Source: Podarcis liolepis
Lineage: Eukaryota
Direction: 5' to 3' (one strand)
Assembly: GCA_965112155.1 (NCBI GenBank)
Contig: OZ218100.1
DNA length: 64,000 nt
Under the pieces are notes generated by a model. It did not search any database. It was not told where the DNA came from and saw nothing but the letters and a program-made list of their open reading frames with translations. Positions 1-13,626 of the stretch are shown here, piece after piece (the first letter of the stretch is position 1; each line of letters opens with the position of its first letter). A program made the position numbers and the translations under genes.

Positions 1-114
1 AAGATTTTAAATTGGGGATCCCATGATTTGCTGCTCTTGGTCATCTTGAGAGTTATTCGGTTTGCAGTTAAATTAAAGTACATGCAGATCTGCATGCAGA
101 GGTTTCTGGTTGGG

Positions 115-182
115 TTGGGAAGGACTCCTGCTCGAAACCCTGGAGAGCTGCTTCTGGTCAGTGTGGACAGTATAGAACCAAC
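115..182 (+). mobile_element. Degraded CR1-tailed retroposon fragment
   Basis: gaaaccctggagagctgc...gtcagtgtggacagta is the reverse complement of the copies at 40639 and 59791. Confidence 0.5.
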
Positions 183-1287
183 AGCCTTACTTGGTGTTAG
201 CACCTTTCGGCATTCTAAGTCCTATGCCTCCTCCCACTTTAGACCCCAGTGACCCCTGAAAAGTCTCATTCTTCTGGGCGCTGGAGGCCCAGCACACATC
301 CTGGAGAGCCTTCTTGGGAAGTACTGGGAGGAGGGCAAATTCCCTTCCATAAACTTCCCACTTACAGATTTTGGAATTAAAGTCAGTGGCTCATGCTCAT
401 CTTTGTGCCAGTTTGGGGACTGCTTCCCCATTCTTCATAGATGTATCTGCTCTTTGCTCTCCCATTTTTCTTCTCTAGCAATGCATTTGGCCAGGACAGG
501 ACTTTAGGGAGGGCTGTATGTGTCTTGTTTTCATTTGTAGGATTCTCCAATCTGGTAACTGTACATTTGTTACTTGTGGTGATGTTTAGAAAGTACTTGG
601 CTTATTTTATATCTGGTAAATTGACACATGGATGTTTTCAGGTATTAGATTTTGTCATAATTAGGACCATTCTATTAACCTAATGAGAATCTTCATGCAT
701 GGGAGTTTTGCAGTTCCAGGCACCATATATGGCAACTCTTTCTTTCACTAGCTTCAGAATTGCAAAGGGTTGTAAAAATGAATAAGGATATTGAATCATA
801 ATGTTTACTCTTAACTATGACTGTTTGAGATTCGTGGAAACCTTCTCACAGCATTAAAGCAAGATTGGGTGTCATCCAGAGAACTCCAGCCCTGCCTAAT
901 TTCCTTCAAAAATTAATGCAACTTTAACTTGTTCCATTGCTTTCACTGGTTTCATCCAATATGTTGTATTTGGACAATGAATAAGAGGTCAATGTTAAGT
1001 ATTTTTTACAATAGAATGACAAATGCCTGCTAACTGGGACTCTGGTGTCCCACATTAAAGAGAGGTTAATATGTACTCCTAACACAGAACACATTGTCTT
1101 GTTGTCCTGAGGCAAAACAGATAATCATGTTATTCCAGTTTCAGTGGATGTGCAGATTACTGTATAATATTTTCTTAGTTACTGTATATGTCAGTCCTTA
1201 ATGTTCTGCAAGATTTCTGCTGAAGCATATATTTGTACTATTTTCCATATATGCTAATGATTTATTGCATTTTGTATTATCCCTTAG

Positions 1288-1393
1288 CCAAAGTGAAAGA
1301 GAAGAATTTGAAACAGAGTTCAAACAGAAATATGAACGGGAGAAGATTCTCTTGACAGAGGAGAACAAAAAGCTTTCTGCTGAGCTTGATAAG
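1288..1393 (+). CDS. CDC42BPA: CDC42BPA coiled-coil exon (QSEREEFETEFKQKYEREKILLTEENKKLSAELDK)
   Basis: cccttag acceptor, gtaagt donor, phase 2-0, matches MRCK-alpha. Confidence 0.95.
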
Positions 1394-2204
1394 GTAAGTG
1401 TTTTGTGGGTGAAATTAAAAAATTGAGCAAAGTTGAAAAATTCATAAAGGAGCATATAACTGGGAAAATGTGAATAACTTCCAATACTGATTCAAGTATA
1501 ATTAATTATGTTTCCATGATGGGAGTTTAGATTTGATGATATCTCTATTCATTTCCGATTAGATCCCACAAAATTACTGAATAATATAGATTAAGATACA
1601 CTGGCATGCTGATTACTTTAGGAGCCAAAATGTAATTTCTATCTGGTAAGATGCAAAGTTAATTACCGATCCAAACTTATACCAGAAGTATTTATGGACA
1701 ACAGACTGCTTCATTAGGTGGTTCAAAAATACTAATGAAAGACAATTAAATAAGGGATCAGAATAAAATAAAATTTATCAAATGGGTGAGGGTCAAATGT
1801 GTAACAAGGAAACAAAGAGAAAAGTGTGAAACTGTTTTGGACTTAGATTACACCAGGACTTTGGAATAACCCTTATATTGACATGAAAAAGCCTTGGACA
1901 GCCTTAGCTGGAAGAAAATGATCACTATAGTCAGCTTCAGGCATTGTTCTTATGAAAGGGCAGTTATGGTGAAAGGAAGTATATTTAGCTCTCCAAACTT
2001 GTGTGGCTCCCCCTGCATGGGGAACAGAGAGCAGACTCCCTACTTTAGAAGTTTTGCCCCATCAGGGTTGAGAAAAGTCATGCAACTTCAGGAATGTGGC
2101 TAACATGTGGCCCCCTCAGCTCCTTCCACCTTGTTTGTCCCTTTCATGTGAGTAGTGCCTCAGGAGGGCTTCCACCTCAGAAAATAGGAATGCAATATGG
2201 CAGA

Positions 2205-2315
2205 AGTAGCAAACCCATAGCCCTCCAGATGTTTGATTTCAACTCCCATCTTCCCTACTATTGGCCGTGCTGGCTGGAGTCCAACAATATTGGTAGGGCC
2301 ACAAGCCGCCCAGCC
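2205..2315. mobile_element. Degraded palindromic hAT-type MITE
   Basis: ccctccagatgttt...caactcccatc...gtccaacaatattggtagggccacaag resembles the intact copy at 62510. Confidence 0.55.
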
Positions 2316-2404
2316 ATGCACTATGGAAACATCAAAATATAGAATTCATACAAAACCCAGGAATGCATAATTGAACTAGATGGTACTGAATTTCACTGAA
2401 ATTA

Positions 2405-2563
2405 GAGGGCCTTCTCGGCTGTGTACTGCCTTCCCATCAGATGTCAAGGAGATAAAGAAATACACAACTTTTAGAAGAAATCTAAAGCCAGCCCTATATC
2501 GGGAAGTTTTTAATGTTTGACATTTTTGTATGTGCTGGAAGCTACCCCGAGTGGCAGAAGGGC

Positions 2564-2611
<48 letters not shown>
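2405..2611 (+). mobile_element. L2 LINE 3' end with (TAA)n tail
   Basis: cccatcagatgtcaag...tttttaatgtttga...ggaagctaccccgagtgg matches the 3' part of the L2 copy at 43835-44600. Confidence 0.75.
2564..2611. repeat. (ATA)n microsatellite
   Basis: Perfect trinucleotide run. Confidence 0.98.
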
Positions 2612-2857
2612 GAAAAGGAATGTGTGCTTAAAGAGAACCTGGCAAGTGAGTGCCACAAATCAGGCATGATTTTTCCATTGTGAATTCTAGAATGCTTTGA
2701 CTTTTTGCATTCCTCAGGCAACAATGAGACTCACCCATGCATGTGATTTGTTGACCATTGAGGAGATCCATTTGCACAATAGATACTATGGGTTGGGGTA
2801 GTTGGTTTTATATAGGTGCTTCTGGCAACATATGTCATGAGGACACAACCCGCAGAG

Positions 2858-3030
2858 CATAAGAACACAAAAAGGCCCTGCTGAATCAGGCCAGTGTCCC
2901 ATCTAGTACAGCATCCTGTTCTCACAGTAGCGAACCAGATGCCTATGGGAAGCCTTCAAGCATGACCCAATTGCGCAAGAGCACTTCCCTGTGGTTTCCA
3001 GCCACTGGTATTCAGAAGCATACCTCCTCA
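2858..3030 (-). mobile_element. CR1 LINE 3' end remnant
   Basis: cataagaaca...ctgctgaatcaggccagtgtcccatctagtacagcatcctgttc is a typical reptile CR1 tail, reversed. Confidence 0.7.
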
Positions 3031-3147
3031 GGCTGCGTAGGATAGTGGGGCACATTTATGGATTCTAAAAGTTCACAAGAAACACAAGAAAAGCCATTTT
3101 AGGCCAGCAAGCCAAGATCATACCTCTTGTCTTTAAAATCTATTCAG

Positions 3148-3272
3148 CTTACAGCCATGTATGAGAGACTAAGTATGAGCAACCGGCAACTGGAAGAAGA
3201 GATGAGAGATCTTGCTGACAAAAAAGAATCTGTAGCGCACTGGGAAGCCCAGATCACGGAGATCATCCAGTG
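3148..3272 (+). CDS. CDC42BPA: CDC42BPA coiled-coil exon (LTAMYERLS...EAQITEIIQW)
   Basis: attcag acceptor, gtaaga donor, phase 0-2. Confidence 0.96.
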
Positions 3273-3594
3273 GTAAGAACTTTCATCTAATCCTGTCTGC
3301 CACTGTCCCTCATGCAACAAGGCACGTTCTGTTTTGGACAAACAGAATTTAATTCTTCAGTCCCCTGGTGTTCTATTTCCAAGCTTCAGAAAACTCAACT
3401 CTTTTCAGCAGTGTAAACCACCACTGGGTATAGTTGTTGGATTTTCAAATACAAGTGACAACTAGTAGAATTCTAAGTAGCTTCATATATGATAGAATAA
3501 AAGGTGGTGGAAGGTTTTTTTCTAGTATTTAGTCACAGAATTGGCATATTATCCTTCTTTGTTGATATCCTATAAATTAAATTTAAAACACAAA

Positions 3595-3676
3595 ATAAAA
3601 AAAATGAATCTTGTGGCATCTTAAAGACTACCAAATCTGTAAGCTTTCTGGGACTGCAGTTCACTTATTCATATAC
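3595..3676 (-). mobile_element. Degraded Penelope-like element terminal fragment
   Basis: cttgtggcatcttaaagactacc...taagctttctgggactgcagttcactt parallels the element at 37429; ribozyme core mutated. Confidence 0.6.
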
Positions 3677-4826
3677 ATTAAGAGGCTGCCTCTTTGAAAA
3701 TTGCTACAGAATGAAAAGTAGCCTTCAAGTGATAGTTTCTAATATTCCCTTCTATCATACTGACAAAGCTCAATCCCCTGTCTTTTACAGTACTCTGAAA
3801 TAAAGATGCAGGCATGAGTTTGAACTGTTAGTGGGGAAAACAATTTTTTGCAGCGATTTGTTTTTCCATTTTTGGACCATTTGTAAAATGTAACTCTGAA
3901 AACAATCTGTACCTAAACATTTCCACAGATCATTTACACTGATTAATGTTAGTGTCTTGTGGCAGTATCATTTTTTAAATGTTTGTGTCCTTTTTATCTG
4001 CTTTCATAGCAGCTGTATAATTTAATTTTGTATTAAGTAAAAATGGATAAACATAGTCTTTTTAGGGAAGCCTTGTTAGCTAGACAGTGCTTTCACATCC
4101 AGTATAACTTTACTGTCCATATTTAGGCATAGCTCTGGCTTTTGAGTATGGTTAGTCAATGCACGTTGGGCTCTGAAACACTGGATGTGGTCCAAGCAAT
4201 GTAGTTCACTTCATAAATGTACATAATTCAAACTCAAGGATCAGGGTCCATTTTTCACCCTTGAAGGTCTGCTTTTACAGAAGCAAAGAATAAAGAATCA
4301 AAGCTGGATGATTTATAGTACTTCTTTGTCATAAACAAAAGTCTCTCATGCAAGCCGGGTGAAGGGAACACAGTAAAGCAAATATGTTTATATATTTTCT
4401 CTCACTGACTGGAAATTAAGTGGTTATGTGTTCAGGTACTTCCCTAGCAGAAAGGTGAAATTTAGTACACATAGAATCCAATGTACCTCGAATATTACAA
4501 AAGCCTGAAGTATGGTCTGTTTGGACCTGTCAAAACTCAGGATATGAAATTAATTCTCCAACTGATCCTGCTAATTATTATTATGAAATATATTGGTGTT
4601 GGGTTGTTCGTTTGTTTTTGCCACATGCAATTCAAAGCAACTTACAAGAAAAGAAAACACATGCATGCAAACATTAAAACCAGGGCAGGGGAAATTGAGA
4701 CAGCCCTATGGTTGCCATGGAGATTGTGAAATCCCATGCAAAAGCAGTAGACAGAGCCTCAGTGTGAATGTTCAGTCTCTCCCAAAACTACTTTCGTCAG
4801 AGAAGTTTGTGGGTAGCAGTTACAAT

Positions 4827-4952
4827 CAGTGCTATTTTTCTAGAAAAAGGGGTACAGGAACTCACTATGATCGCCTCCCTTGCTCTCTTATAATGGCAAT
4901 GGAACCCACCTTAGAGGTGCCGGAACTGAGTTCCCGCTAAAAGAAAGCTCTG
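4827..4952. mobile_element. hAT-type MITE, 126 bp
   Basis: Ends cagtgctattttt...aaagaaagctctg; 8-bp TSD gttacaat/gttacaac. Confidence 0.75.
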
Positions 4953-5910
4953 GTTACAACAATGGTATCCCCAGTCTGACCTGGCAACAGATGGCAGTCC
5001 CAACCCAAGGTGGAAAGGTTTCCAAGTGAGGTTAATGGAATCATTTTGAATCACAGCAATTCCCTGCACCCGCTGTCTGAGATGATGCTGTGCCACATCT
5101 ATTAGTTCAGCTGCACCCAGCTCACCCACTAAGGTCTCAGCAATACTCCTCGGATCGATTCCATTCATGTTCAGATCAAGAATGTCTATGAATTGACCTG
5201 GCACCAAACAACAAGCATGGAGAAAATTAGGAAGATTTTCCGAGCACACTGAGCCTGGCACTGCCATTCCTGCAGGAATGCAGCCTAGCTCTACACAATG
5301 CAAATGAACTGCACAAATGGCATATTGGAACTTATTGCCATCTACTGGTTGCTAAAGATGCATACAGCTTTTGCATAGATCTCAATACCAGTTTCCTTTT
5401 GGGCTGGTTAAAAAGAACATCTTATGATTTCTGTGTGCAGGAGAGATTTGGGCCTTTCATTGCCCAATAAAACGGTCCGTCCAGTTGAAATATGGAAGCA
5501 GATGGAATGGTGGTCGTAATTAAACACCTCCCTGGAACTGTTTCACACGTGGCTTTTCCTACACAGACAGCTTCTCCATGTAGGAAAAGGCATATGCACC
5601 CTCATGTGTGAAAAATGCATAAATGTGTGAGTTGCTACAATTACATGTGTTCAAAGGAGCATGTTTGTGATTTTGGCTATGATCCTAAACATCTGGCCTT
5701 CATTACAGCTATGCCAATTCCATGCTGATTGCTGCCATCATTCACACATTTATTCAGCATTCACAACCTGAATGCTTAGAAAAACTGTAAGGATCATGAT
5801 TTCCTGAAATATATATATGTATTATTCAGCTGTCCCCCCCATTATAATTATAATAAAAAACGGAATTCATTTATTCATTTACTTTAAAACAACTACTCAT
5901 TGTCAGCTTT

Positions 5911-6130
5911 GGGAGAGCTAGAGTGATGTAATGATTAGAGTGTTAGACTGTGACTTGGGAGACCAGGGTTTGAATTGGTATTCAGCCATGAAGCTCTCTG
6001 GGTGACTCACTCCCAGCTAAACCTACCTCGCAAAGTTGTTGTGAGAATAAAATAGGGAGAGGAGAACCATGTACCCACCTCAAGCTCTTTGGAGGAAAGA
6101 TGGGATATAAACACAATAAATGAAATGAAG
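5911..6130 (+). mobile_element. tRNA-derived SINE (Squam3/MIR-like)
   Basis: Degenerate A/B-box head, aacctacctcgcaaagttgttgtgag core, A-rich tail. Confidence 0.75.
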
Positions 6131-6429
6131 ATAGAAAATGAGAGTATTGCATTATATGCAATGGTCACCACCTGCCCATATACACCTGTGCACCACTGAA
6201 ATGAGTGGGAGCTGTACAAGACCATGGAACATTATGTCCTTTGGTGCCTATTTTTTAGAAATGTTAAGGATTCAGTTCCACAGCACCCAAGAAAACTTTA
6301 GGGGCATCACGTGGGTTGTTTCCGCTTGCAGCTTAACTAATTGGGCTTTATTTTTCTATAATTATGATTGATTTTATGAAATTCTCATTCTGGCTGTTTT
6401 TCAACATCCTCATTATCTCTCTAACTTAG

Positions 6430-6612
<183 letters not shown>

Positions 6613-7391
6613 TAAGTGTCTTTTTTAAAGATTTCCTGTGCCATCAAATAAATGCCTAATGTGAGTTATATTAGCTACCAGTTACAGCAGATGAATCTTG
6701 AAAGGTGTTCCAGAGAATTGTCTAGTCCTGTTAGCTGGACGAGTTTCAGTTAGTAAGGCTTGAGGATGCAGACAAGGTGCTTCAATCAGTCAGGGCAACC
6801 ATTTGCACTCTGGACTCTTGCTCCTCTTGGCTGATGAAAACTGGCAGGGACAGGATAGCTGGCTGGGCTAGGAAGGTGATTAATACCTCCTTCTGGGGTC
6901 CTCTTCCAACTCTGCGATTCTGTGAATCTGTGATCATTTAATTCTATACTGATTTTAATCTGTTACAAGGTAGTGTACAGCATATAAAAACAGTTATTTC
7001 AACATTACATTTAAATAATCAAGCTGACTAAAATCACTGTTGTGGACAATAGTCCCCATTCCATGACATCCCAGTTTAAACAGTAAAGGTTGTATTTATT
7101 AAAGCTTGTTTAAAGGAGGTCAGAGAGGGCGTGAAAACTTTCTCTGTGATAGATTCATCCCCCCCCAATGAATAAGTATTTTAATTGATGCTAATGTATT
7201 CTATAGCATAAATGGAATATTTCATAAAACTGCTGTTGCCTATAAAAGAATAAGATAGGACAACAACGTTTTTTATTACTTGGATCAAAGAAAGATAATG
7301 TATTTGGGGCATTGCCAGGACTCTTTTGGAAGACCATAAGATTGAAATGTAACAAATGCCTTAAATAAAAGGAAACGGCTTTTCTTTTTAG

Positions 7392-7540
7392 GACATGCCC
7401 TGGAAGATGCGGCGTTTTGCAAAACTGGATATGTCTGCAAGGTTAGAGCTACAGTCAGCCCTTGATGCAGAAATACGAGCCAAACAAGCCATTCAAGAGG
7501 AGTTAAATAAAGTTAAAGCTTGCAATATTGCAACAGAATG
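7392..7540 (+). CDS. CDC42BPA: CDC42BPA exon ([32 protein letters not shown]...), DMPK-type coiled coil
   Basis: ttttag acceptor, gtaaga donor, phase 0-2. Confidence 0.96.
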
Positions 7541-8660
7541 GTAAGAATTGGTGGTTCTAATGTTCTAGCTTGCAAAGACTTTTCTACAAAAGACATACTG
7601 ATAAATCCTAAAATATATCGCCTGTCAAACTGTAATCCTACAGTTATTCATGGCAGCCTGACTTAAAAGCAAAAATTATCCTTCTATAATTTGTAGTTAA
7701 TTGAATCATTACTGGAAAATCTGTGCTTTTTTAAGGTGCTTCAAAGATCTTTGTTGAAAATAAAATTTATGTTGCATTTTACAACTTTTAAAAAAGCAAT
7801 AAACTGCATTCCTCTGCTAGTTTACCACGATTGGCTTATGGATTCTGAAGAACGATCTTTTTCCATCACGATCCATTTTGTTGACTTAAGAAATTCAATG
7901 ATCGAGGGAGCTGATTGAAGGCAGATAATTTATAGTAAATTGACTGCTCCAGGTCATATAATTTATATAAAATTCTTGTTGCAGGCAAGACTTTTTAGTT
8001 GCCTTTGAAAACTAAAAGTAGCAGCAAGAGTCCAGCTAAGTAGCAGCATGAATTCTGTTCAATTTTCCCCATAACAGAATTCAGCAATGAAACTGGCATG
8101 AAACGTATTCTGTGACTGCTAACATAATAGCTATTTTAATAGTAATACCCGAATAGCAAGACCCAAATAGCTATTTTTCATAAAGGGGTGATGGCCAACT
8201 CGAGCTTCAATTAATACATTTTTGAAAGGTAGCCAAAGGCTTAACAAGCCAGTATTAGACTAGAATTTCCAGAATTAGTTACTGGAGTTGCATATTGGAA
8301 CATGCATCTCCACCAGTAAACATTACAGTTGCTAGGAAATGGCCACCAAAAATAATCAGTGCTGTATTTTAAAATAGAGATCATTTATTCCCATGCCTGC
8401 TGCTCATACTGTTTTTCATAAACAGAGACTAGAGCCAACTCAAAGGATATTCAGAGACAATCACTAATTCCTTTTTCAAGGTTCCTTGCTACAGTAGCAC
8501 TCACTTCCACGTTTTGTGTTATACTTCTGACAGTGTGACGTGGCTGACATTGATCTTGACTGAACAGTGCTGAAAAAAATATGTTCAAGTAACGATTAAA
8601 TAACATGGCCCTTACTAATTGGATCTCTCTCTATCTCTCTCTCTTTTTATTTGTATAAAG

Positions 8661-8752
8661 CAAACTACAGGAATCTGACAAGAAGAACTCTGACCTATTG
8701 TCAGAAATAGAGAGACTGAAAAAAGAGACAGAAGAACTCCGATCAGAAAAGG
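8661..8752 (+). CDS. CDC42BPA: CDC42BPA exon (KLQESDKKNSDLLSEIERLKKETEELRSEK)
   Basis: ataaag acceptor after CT tract, gtacga donor, phase 2-1. Confidence 0.94.
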
Positions 8753-9266
8753 GTACGAGAATTGGTGTCCAAATAAAGGAAGGCAAAATCCACTCCACAG
8801 CAGTTGGGTATATCTTATCAAATAAGAATGGCGTCTTAGAGTGTGCTGACAGAATATGGATTTTGGCTTCTAAGATACCATCATAGCTCTTACATGATAA
8901 GATGTACCCACAGCTGTTATAGAAATACAGAAGGACAGTTGTCTTGGTTCATAAAGTCTTTCTTCCAAATCCTTTTGTTTTTGTACTATACAGCAGTTGA
9001 TCACTATTTACTAGAAAGTTGCTGGCATAATGAGTAGTTACAACTCAGATATTTTATGTATCGTATGGTGAAGAAATCATTTAAAATGTGCCAATTCTTT
9101 TGATTTAAGCTACAAGCCACCTAGAGTAGTCTTATAGAGTGGGAAAATAAATTATAAATTATTTTCTCAAAAATAAATGTCTTATCGATTGCTCCTACAA
9201 TCATTCTGTTTGTTTGTATATTTACTTAGCTCTTCATCTTTTACCAGTGCCATTCTGGGTTACAAC

Positions 9267-9702
9267 CAGTGCTTTTTTCTGTTGGCACAGTGTACCACCA
9301 CCTCTTCCCCCCAGCCACCATCTTGCCACCACCGCTTGCCCGCCCCCCAACTCACTTGCTCCTCTCTCCCCACACAACTTTGCCGCTTGCTCCTCCTCCA
9401 TTGCTGCTGTTTCATGGGGCAGGTGCCTGGCAATCACCAAGTTACGATCACCAAAGCGCCTCTGCTCTGGTGCGACTTTTACGATTGTCAGGCACTTTCC
9501 CTGAAAGTGGTTTGGCGATTGTAAGGGTTGCACCAAAGCGCCACTAGGAGGCTGTGCCTTCAGCAGGAAGCAACAGTGACAGAGGAGGAAGCAGCAAAGG
9601 GGGAGGGAGCAAGAGAGCGGGTGGAGCAAGCAGGGTGGTGGTGTTGTGTACTGGCACCTATTATTCAAAAAAAAACCCAAAAACAAATCCCACAACCCAC
9701 TG
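9267..9702. mobile_element. hAT-type MITE, 436 bp, with internal inverted repeats
   Basis: Ends cagtgctttttt...cactg; perfect 8-bp TSD gttacaac at 9259-9266 and 9703-9710. Confidence 0.8.
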
Positions 9703-10222
9703 GTTACAACTTAAACAATACCACAATCGGGGTGAACATTAAGATACAAAAGGTTGATTCCTTCATGTACTGTCATCCTATTCATTTTAATTGCTGTGCC
9801 ATTTTGCCCCATTGATGATGGTGAGTTTTCATGATCAAAATATGTGTTTACTTAGCTGAGTTACATACATCCGATTCAAGCCCATGGGTGCTTCTTATTA
9901 GCTGCTCTTTCAAAAGGGCATTGTCCTTCAGACAAATCAGCAGTAGGGTAGAATACAGTACTGTTTGGATAGCTTCATAGTGGGGAATCTCCTCTGAAAA
10001 ACTGTCCATGGAACACTAGTTGCACTGGACAAATGTTTCACTCAGTTTAAATTTAAAACCACCCAAGAAAAAGCCCAGAAAGTTATATTTGTTGGAGGAG
10101 TAGATAGAAGTGGATCCCTTTAATGGTAGAGTGTGGTAAGAACTGCATTTGTGAAAGGAGAGATAAGGGGACCAAACCAATATAGCTCCGTGAATCTGTA
10201 AACTTAACCTTACTCTGGCTTA

Positions 10223-10394
10223 GGTTGGATCTAGACACATCAAAAGAAGTGATTCAGTTAAACACGTTGTAAACTCATACAGGGGAATCCGGTAGGGAAA
10301 GATAGTCCCTTCAGAATGTCATCTGGTGTCACAGTGTTGTATCGCATATACAACGCATATAAAACACTTTTTCTTTACCAGTCTAGCTGAGTCC
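10223..10394. mobile_element. Possible PIF/Harbinger-type MITE
   Basis: TTA on both flanks; imperfect TIR gg...ctagac / gtctag...cc. Confidence 0.4.
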
Positions 10395-10869
10395 TTAGTT
10401 ATACAATCTGATCCTTAAAAAAAAATGTTTCAACTGCCACGGTACTAGTGGGTTTTTTGCTGCTGCAGGGGCCAGAATTTTGTAAGCAGCTCTTGATATA
10501 TAAGGCCAGAGAATAGTTTTCAGATTCAGTGAGGTTTACCAGTTGTGCACTTGCACCAGTACTGGAAATCTTCATTGTATCCAGAGGATATCGGTCTAAG
10601 AATTTTAAGTACAATGGTTATAAGTATGAGGAATAGATAAAGATGCTAAGAAATTAATATGCAAACTTAATTATTTTGAGATCTTGTTGCAAATGACATG
10701 ATGTTGTACTTTGGAGTGTTACAGCTCTGCTTCCTTTTTCTTTTCCTGAGCTGTGGAGCATGCTGGTGCATTTTGGAGTAGCAACAGAGATAACTCAAGA
10801 AGGACAACCCATAGACAATGACCCAGTTGGCCATTTTCTATAGGTTAAAGACTTGCTGCTGTTTTCTAG

Positions 10870-10946
10870 GTGTAAAGCACCAAGACTCACAGAATTCTTT
10901 CTTGGCATTTTTGAATGCGCCTACCTCTGCTCTGGATCAATTTGAA
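10870..10946 (+). CDS. CDC42BPA: CDC42BPA exon (GVKHQDSQNSFLAFLNAPTSALDQFE)
   Basis: ttctag acceptor, gtaagt donor, phase 1-0. Confidence 0.95.
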
Positions 10947-11059
10947 GTAAGTAAACAGCTGATGTATTATATATTTTGATATCATATGTATATTCAGTTT
11001 GTGGTCACTACTGCTTTGAAATAATAACTACACTTATGTGTTGGGGGGGGGGATTCACC

Positions 11060-11147
11060 ATGCAAGCCTATCATGTCTATTCAGAAGCAAGTCCCCTTGA
11101 GTTCAATGATGCATGCTCCTGTGTAAATGTATATAGCATCTCAGCCT
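11060..11147. repeat. Ancient palindromic DNA-transposon relic; related copies near 14580, 24115, 31600, 48555 and 54945
   Basis: Imperfect hairpin around aagtcccNttgagttcaatg, a motif that recurs in the window. Confidence 0.45.
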
Positions 11148-11971
11148 TTGATCTCTAAGGAACATGTATTATTTGTCTTATACTTAGGTTTTGATACTGT
11201 GTTGTTTTTTATTGCATTATTTCCATGCATTGCTATAGGGATCTTTTAATTGCAACTCCCATATGTTCAAATCAGAAATTTACTTCAGACACGTAGTAAG
11301 GCAAAAACCCTCCAGATTCTGTTATTTTCTCAGATAATTTATTTTAGGCATTTATTTTCACGTCCCTGATTTTTCAAAATAATTAGGTTGCTGATTTCAT
11401 AGAAAGCAGGGGACATATCTTAAAATAGAAATAAAAGAAATAAGAATAAAAATAGAAATAATAGAAAAATAGAAATGAAAAGTATTGTGGATTCCATTGT
11501 CTTCCTTGTTCAAATAAAGTATGGGCCCTACAATATAAAACACTTAGGTACAAATCTTACTTTTAATAATATTTCTATCTCGTTCTGTTATGAATGGAAA
11601 ATACAGAACAGAATAGTTTCATAAAATACTGCGACCTCTTGTCTCCCTTTGTTTTCTGAACTGCTTTCTTAGCACAGATGAGATTAGAAAACCAAGACAA
11701 AGTGCAAGATAATAGATTGTGTTTAAGCAACCTGCGAAATTTCACCCAAATGCCCCTTCACTTTAGGAACTGCATGCAAGAATAGCATTGCTTTGTCCTG
11801 TTTGAGGATGATAGTGCTTTTGTGACACCAGCAAGCGTGACCCCTCTTCTTAGGCTTCTTTGTATTCTTAGCCCTCAGCAATCTACACACTTTACATTTA
11901 AGGACGCCGTGCTTAAAATGTTTAGAAAGCTCAGGACTAACACAACTATAACAACTACCACAACTATTATT

Positions 11972-12750
11972 TGTCCAGGCAGGTGCATTATCTGACTCAT
12001 GAGAGCAGCAAAATAACTAGACCGTACAATAGTGATGGGATGAAATCAGGCCAAATCTTTATTGACACCAGCAGGCGGAGCAAGGGTTGGCATGGCATTG
12101 GGTCCCAGGATCGGTTCATCATTCCACAAGCCGCATGTTGATGGAATGGATCCGCTGGGTTTGGATTGCTCCAAATCTGTACAACAGGAATCAGCCAGTG
12201 TTGAATCTTGCTGTGGTGCAAGCCAAGCAAGCAAGGTCTCACTGGCAGACCAGAGTGCAGATTCCAACCACGCAAATACCAACCCACACTTGGGTTTGCC
12301 ATGGTCAATCCTCCCCTCGGGCCCCTTGTGGGGGGCCCCCTATACAATGTTGATCCTGACCAATGCCATTTCCACCCTCATACAAACAACATTCTTCCAC
12401 CTAAAAAAGGAAAGCCATAATTTCACCGAGGGAAAGGCGAAAAAATCCCAACCAAGTGCCAATCGCGTCGGGAGAGAGAAATTACTTTCCAGCCCAAAAT
12501 TGCTCAGTTAAGGCGCTAACCCGAGGGTGGATGGGCAGAAAGCTCTCAAAGCAAAATGACTCTGAGCTCCAGGGGAAGCAGCCTTAGGCTTTCCCCTCCC
12601 TTCTGCAGCAAGGACTCATGGGACAGCTTTTTCCTATGAGCCCATCACACAGAGAAGATACTGGGCAAAATCTTGCCCAGTATTTTGCTGCAATCTATGG
12701 GCTACAGTGCCGCCAGACAAAGGCATCCCATGCTTATTGGGCATGAAACA
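11972..12750 (-). mobile_element. Possible solo LTR or other GC-rich insertion
   Basis: Abrupt GC-rich block beginning TGT and ending ACA, with AATAAA on - at about 12058; no TSD found. Confidence 0.3.
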
Positions 12751-13578
12751 GGGCTTGTAAGCACAACTGAGAAATAGAACTCAATTTGGGGACGAAAGAG
12801 ACACATTGGCCAAGATCCCATGTTATATTCAGCCAAACCATGCTAAGCACAAATAGATCAGCCATAGTTTGGTTTAGCATGTTGTCCCAACATGAGCTTA
12901 TGGTTTAGCTCTCTCCAGGCAAGCCATGAGCTGTAACCAAGATTTGTTCTATGGTACACATTGTGCTTCATCATTATTGAGCAGATACCTTACTAACATG
13001 GCCACAGCAATGTACTATAGCTGAAGCAAAGGGGACTGAGTAAAGGCAGGGACCTGGGATCTAAACACAGATGAGATTATGGACTGGGGTGAAGGTCCCA
13101 ATTGATTGAGGGGGCGGGGAAGCAAGGGCAAATGGAAGAAAAATTGGAGCTGGAAAAGGAAACTGTTGCTGTCACTTGCCCAGTCACACAGATGTAGCCC
13201 ATCTTTATGGCCACAGACATTTTGTTAGTTTGGATAGTAAAATCCTGCCACTAAGAAATTGTGACAATTAATGGCACATTCCACATCTGCATGATTCTCC
13301 TAAAGGTACAGCAAACCTAAGGAGTCTGTATTGTTCTAACAATCCTATGTTCCCTTGCACTGTCTTTAATATAACTAAACTACTATGTAATATTGGTGGA
13401 ATAATAGTCAGTTAACAAAAGCTGTTCAAAGGGTATACTAAAAAAGAATAATATGTAAATCATTTGGAATCTTTCTTCACTTGATTTCTCAACAGTATGG
13501 CGGTGCTGGTTATTTTCACAAAACAGAAGTTTTCATCTATCTGTTTCTGTTTCTTTACTGCTCTATACGTTAAAATAG

Positions 13579-13626
13579 GATTCCTTTTCTTCTTCATCAT
13601 CCTCATTGATTGATTTTATGGATGAC
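13579..13626 (+). CDS. CDC42BPA: CDC42BPA alternative cassette exon, 48 nt (DSFSSSSSSLIDFMDD)
   Basis: aaatag acceptor, gtaagt donor, phase 0-0; resembles the mammalian variable-region exon DSFSSSSSSLIDFLDD as recalled. Confidence 0.88.

Noticed and set aside
2542-2724. Poly-Ile ORF
   Set aside because: Translation of the (ATA)n microsatellite
9177-9815. Cluster of overlapping 62-153 aa ORFs
   Set aside because: Arise from the GC-rich, stop-poor MITE at 9267-9702; no splice or homology support
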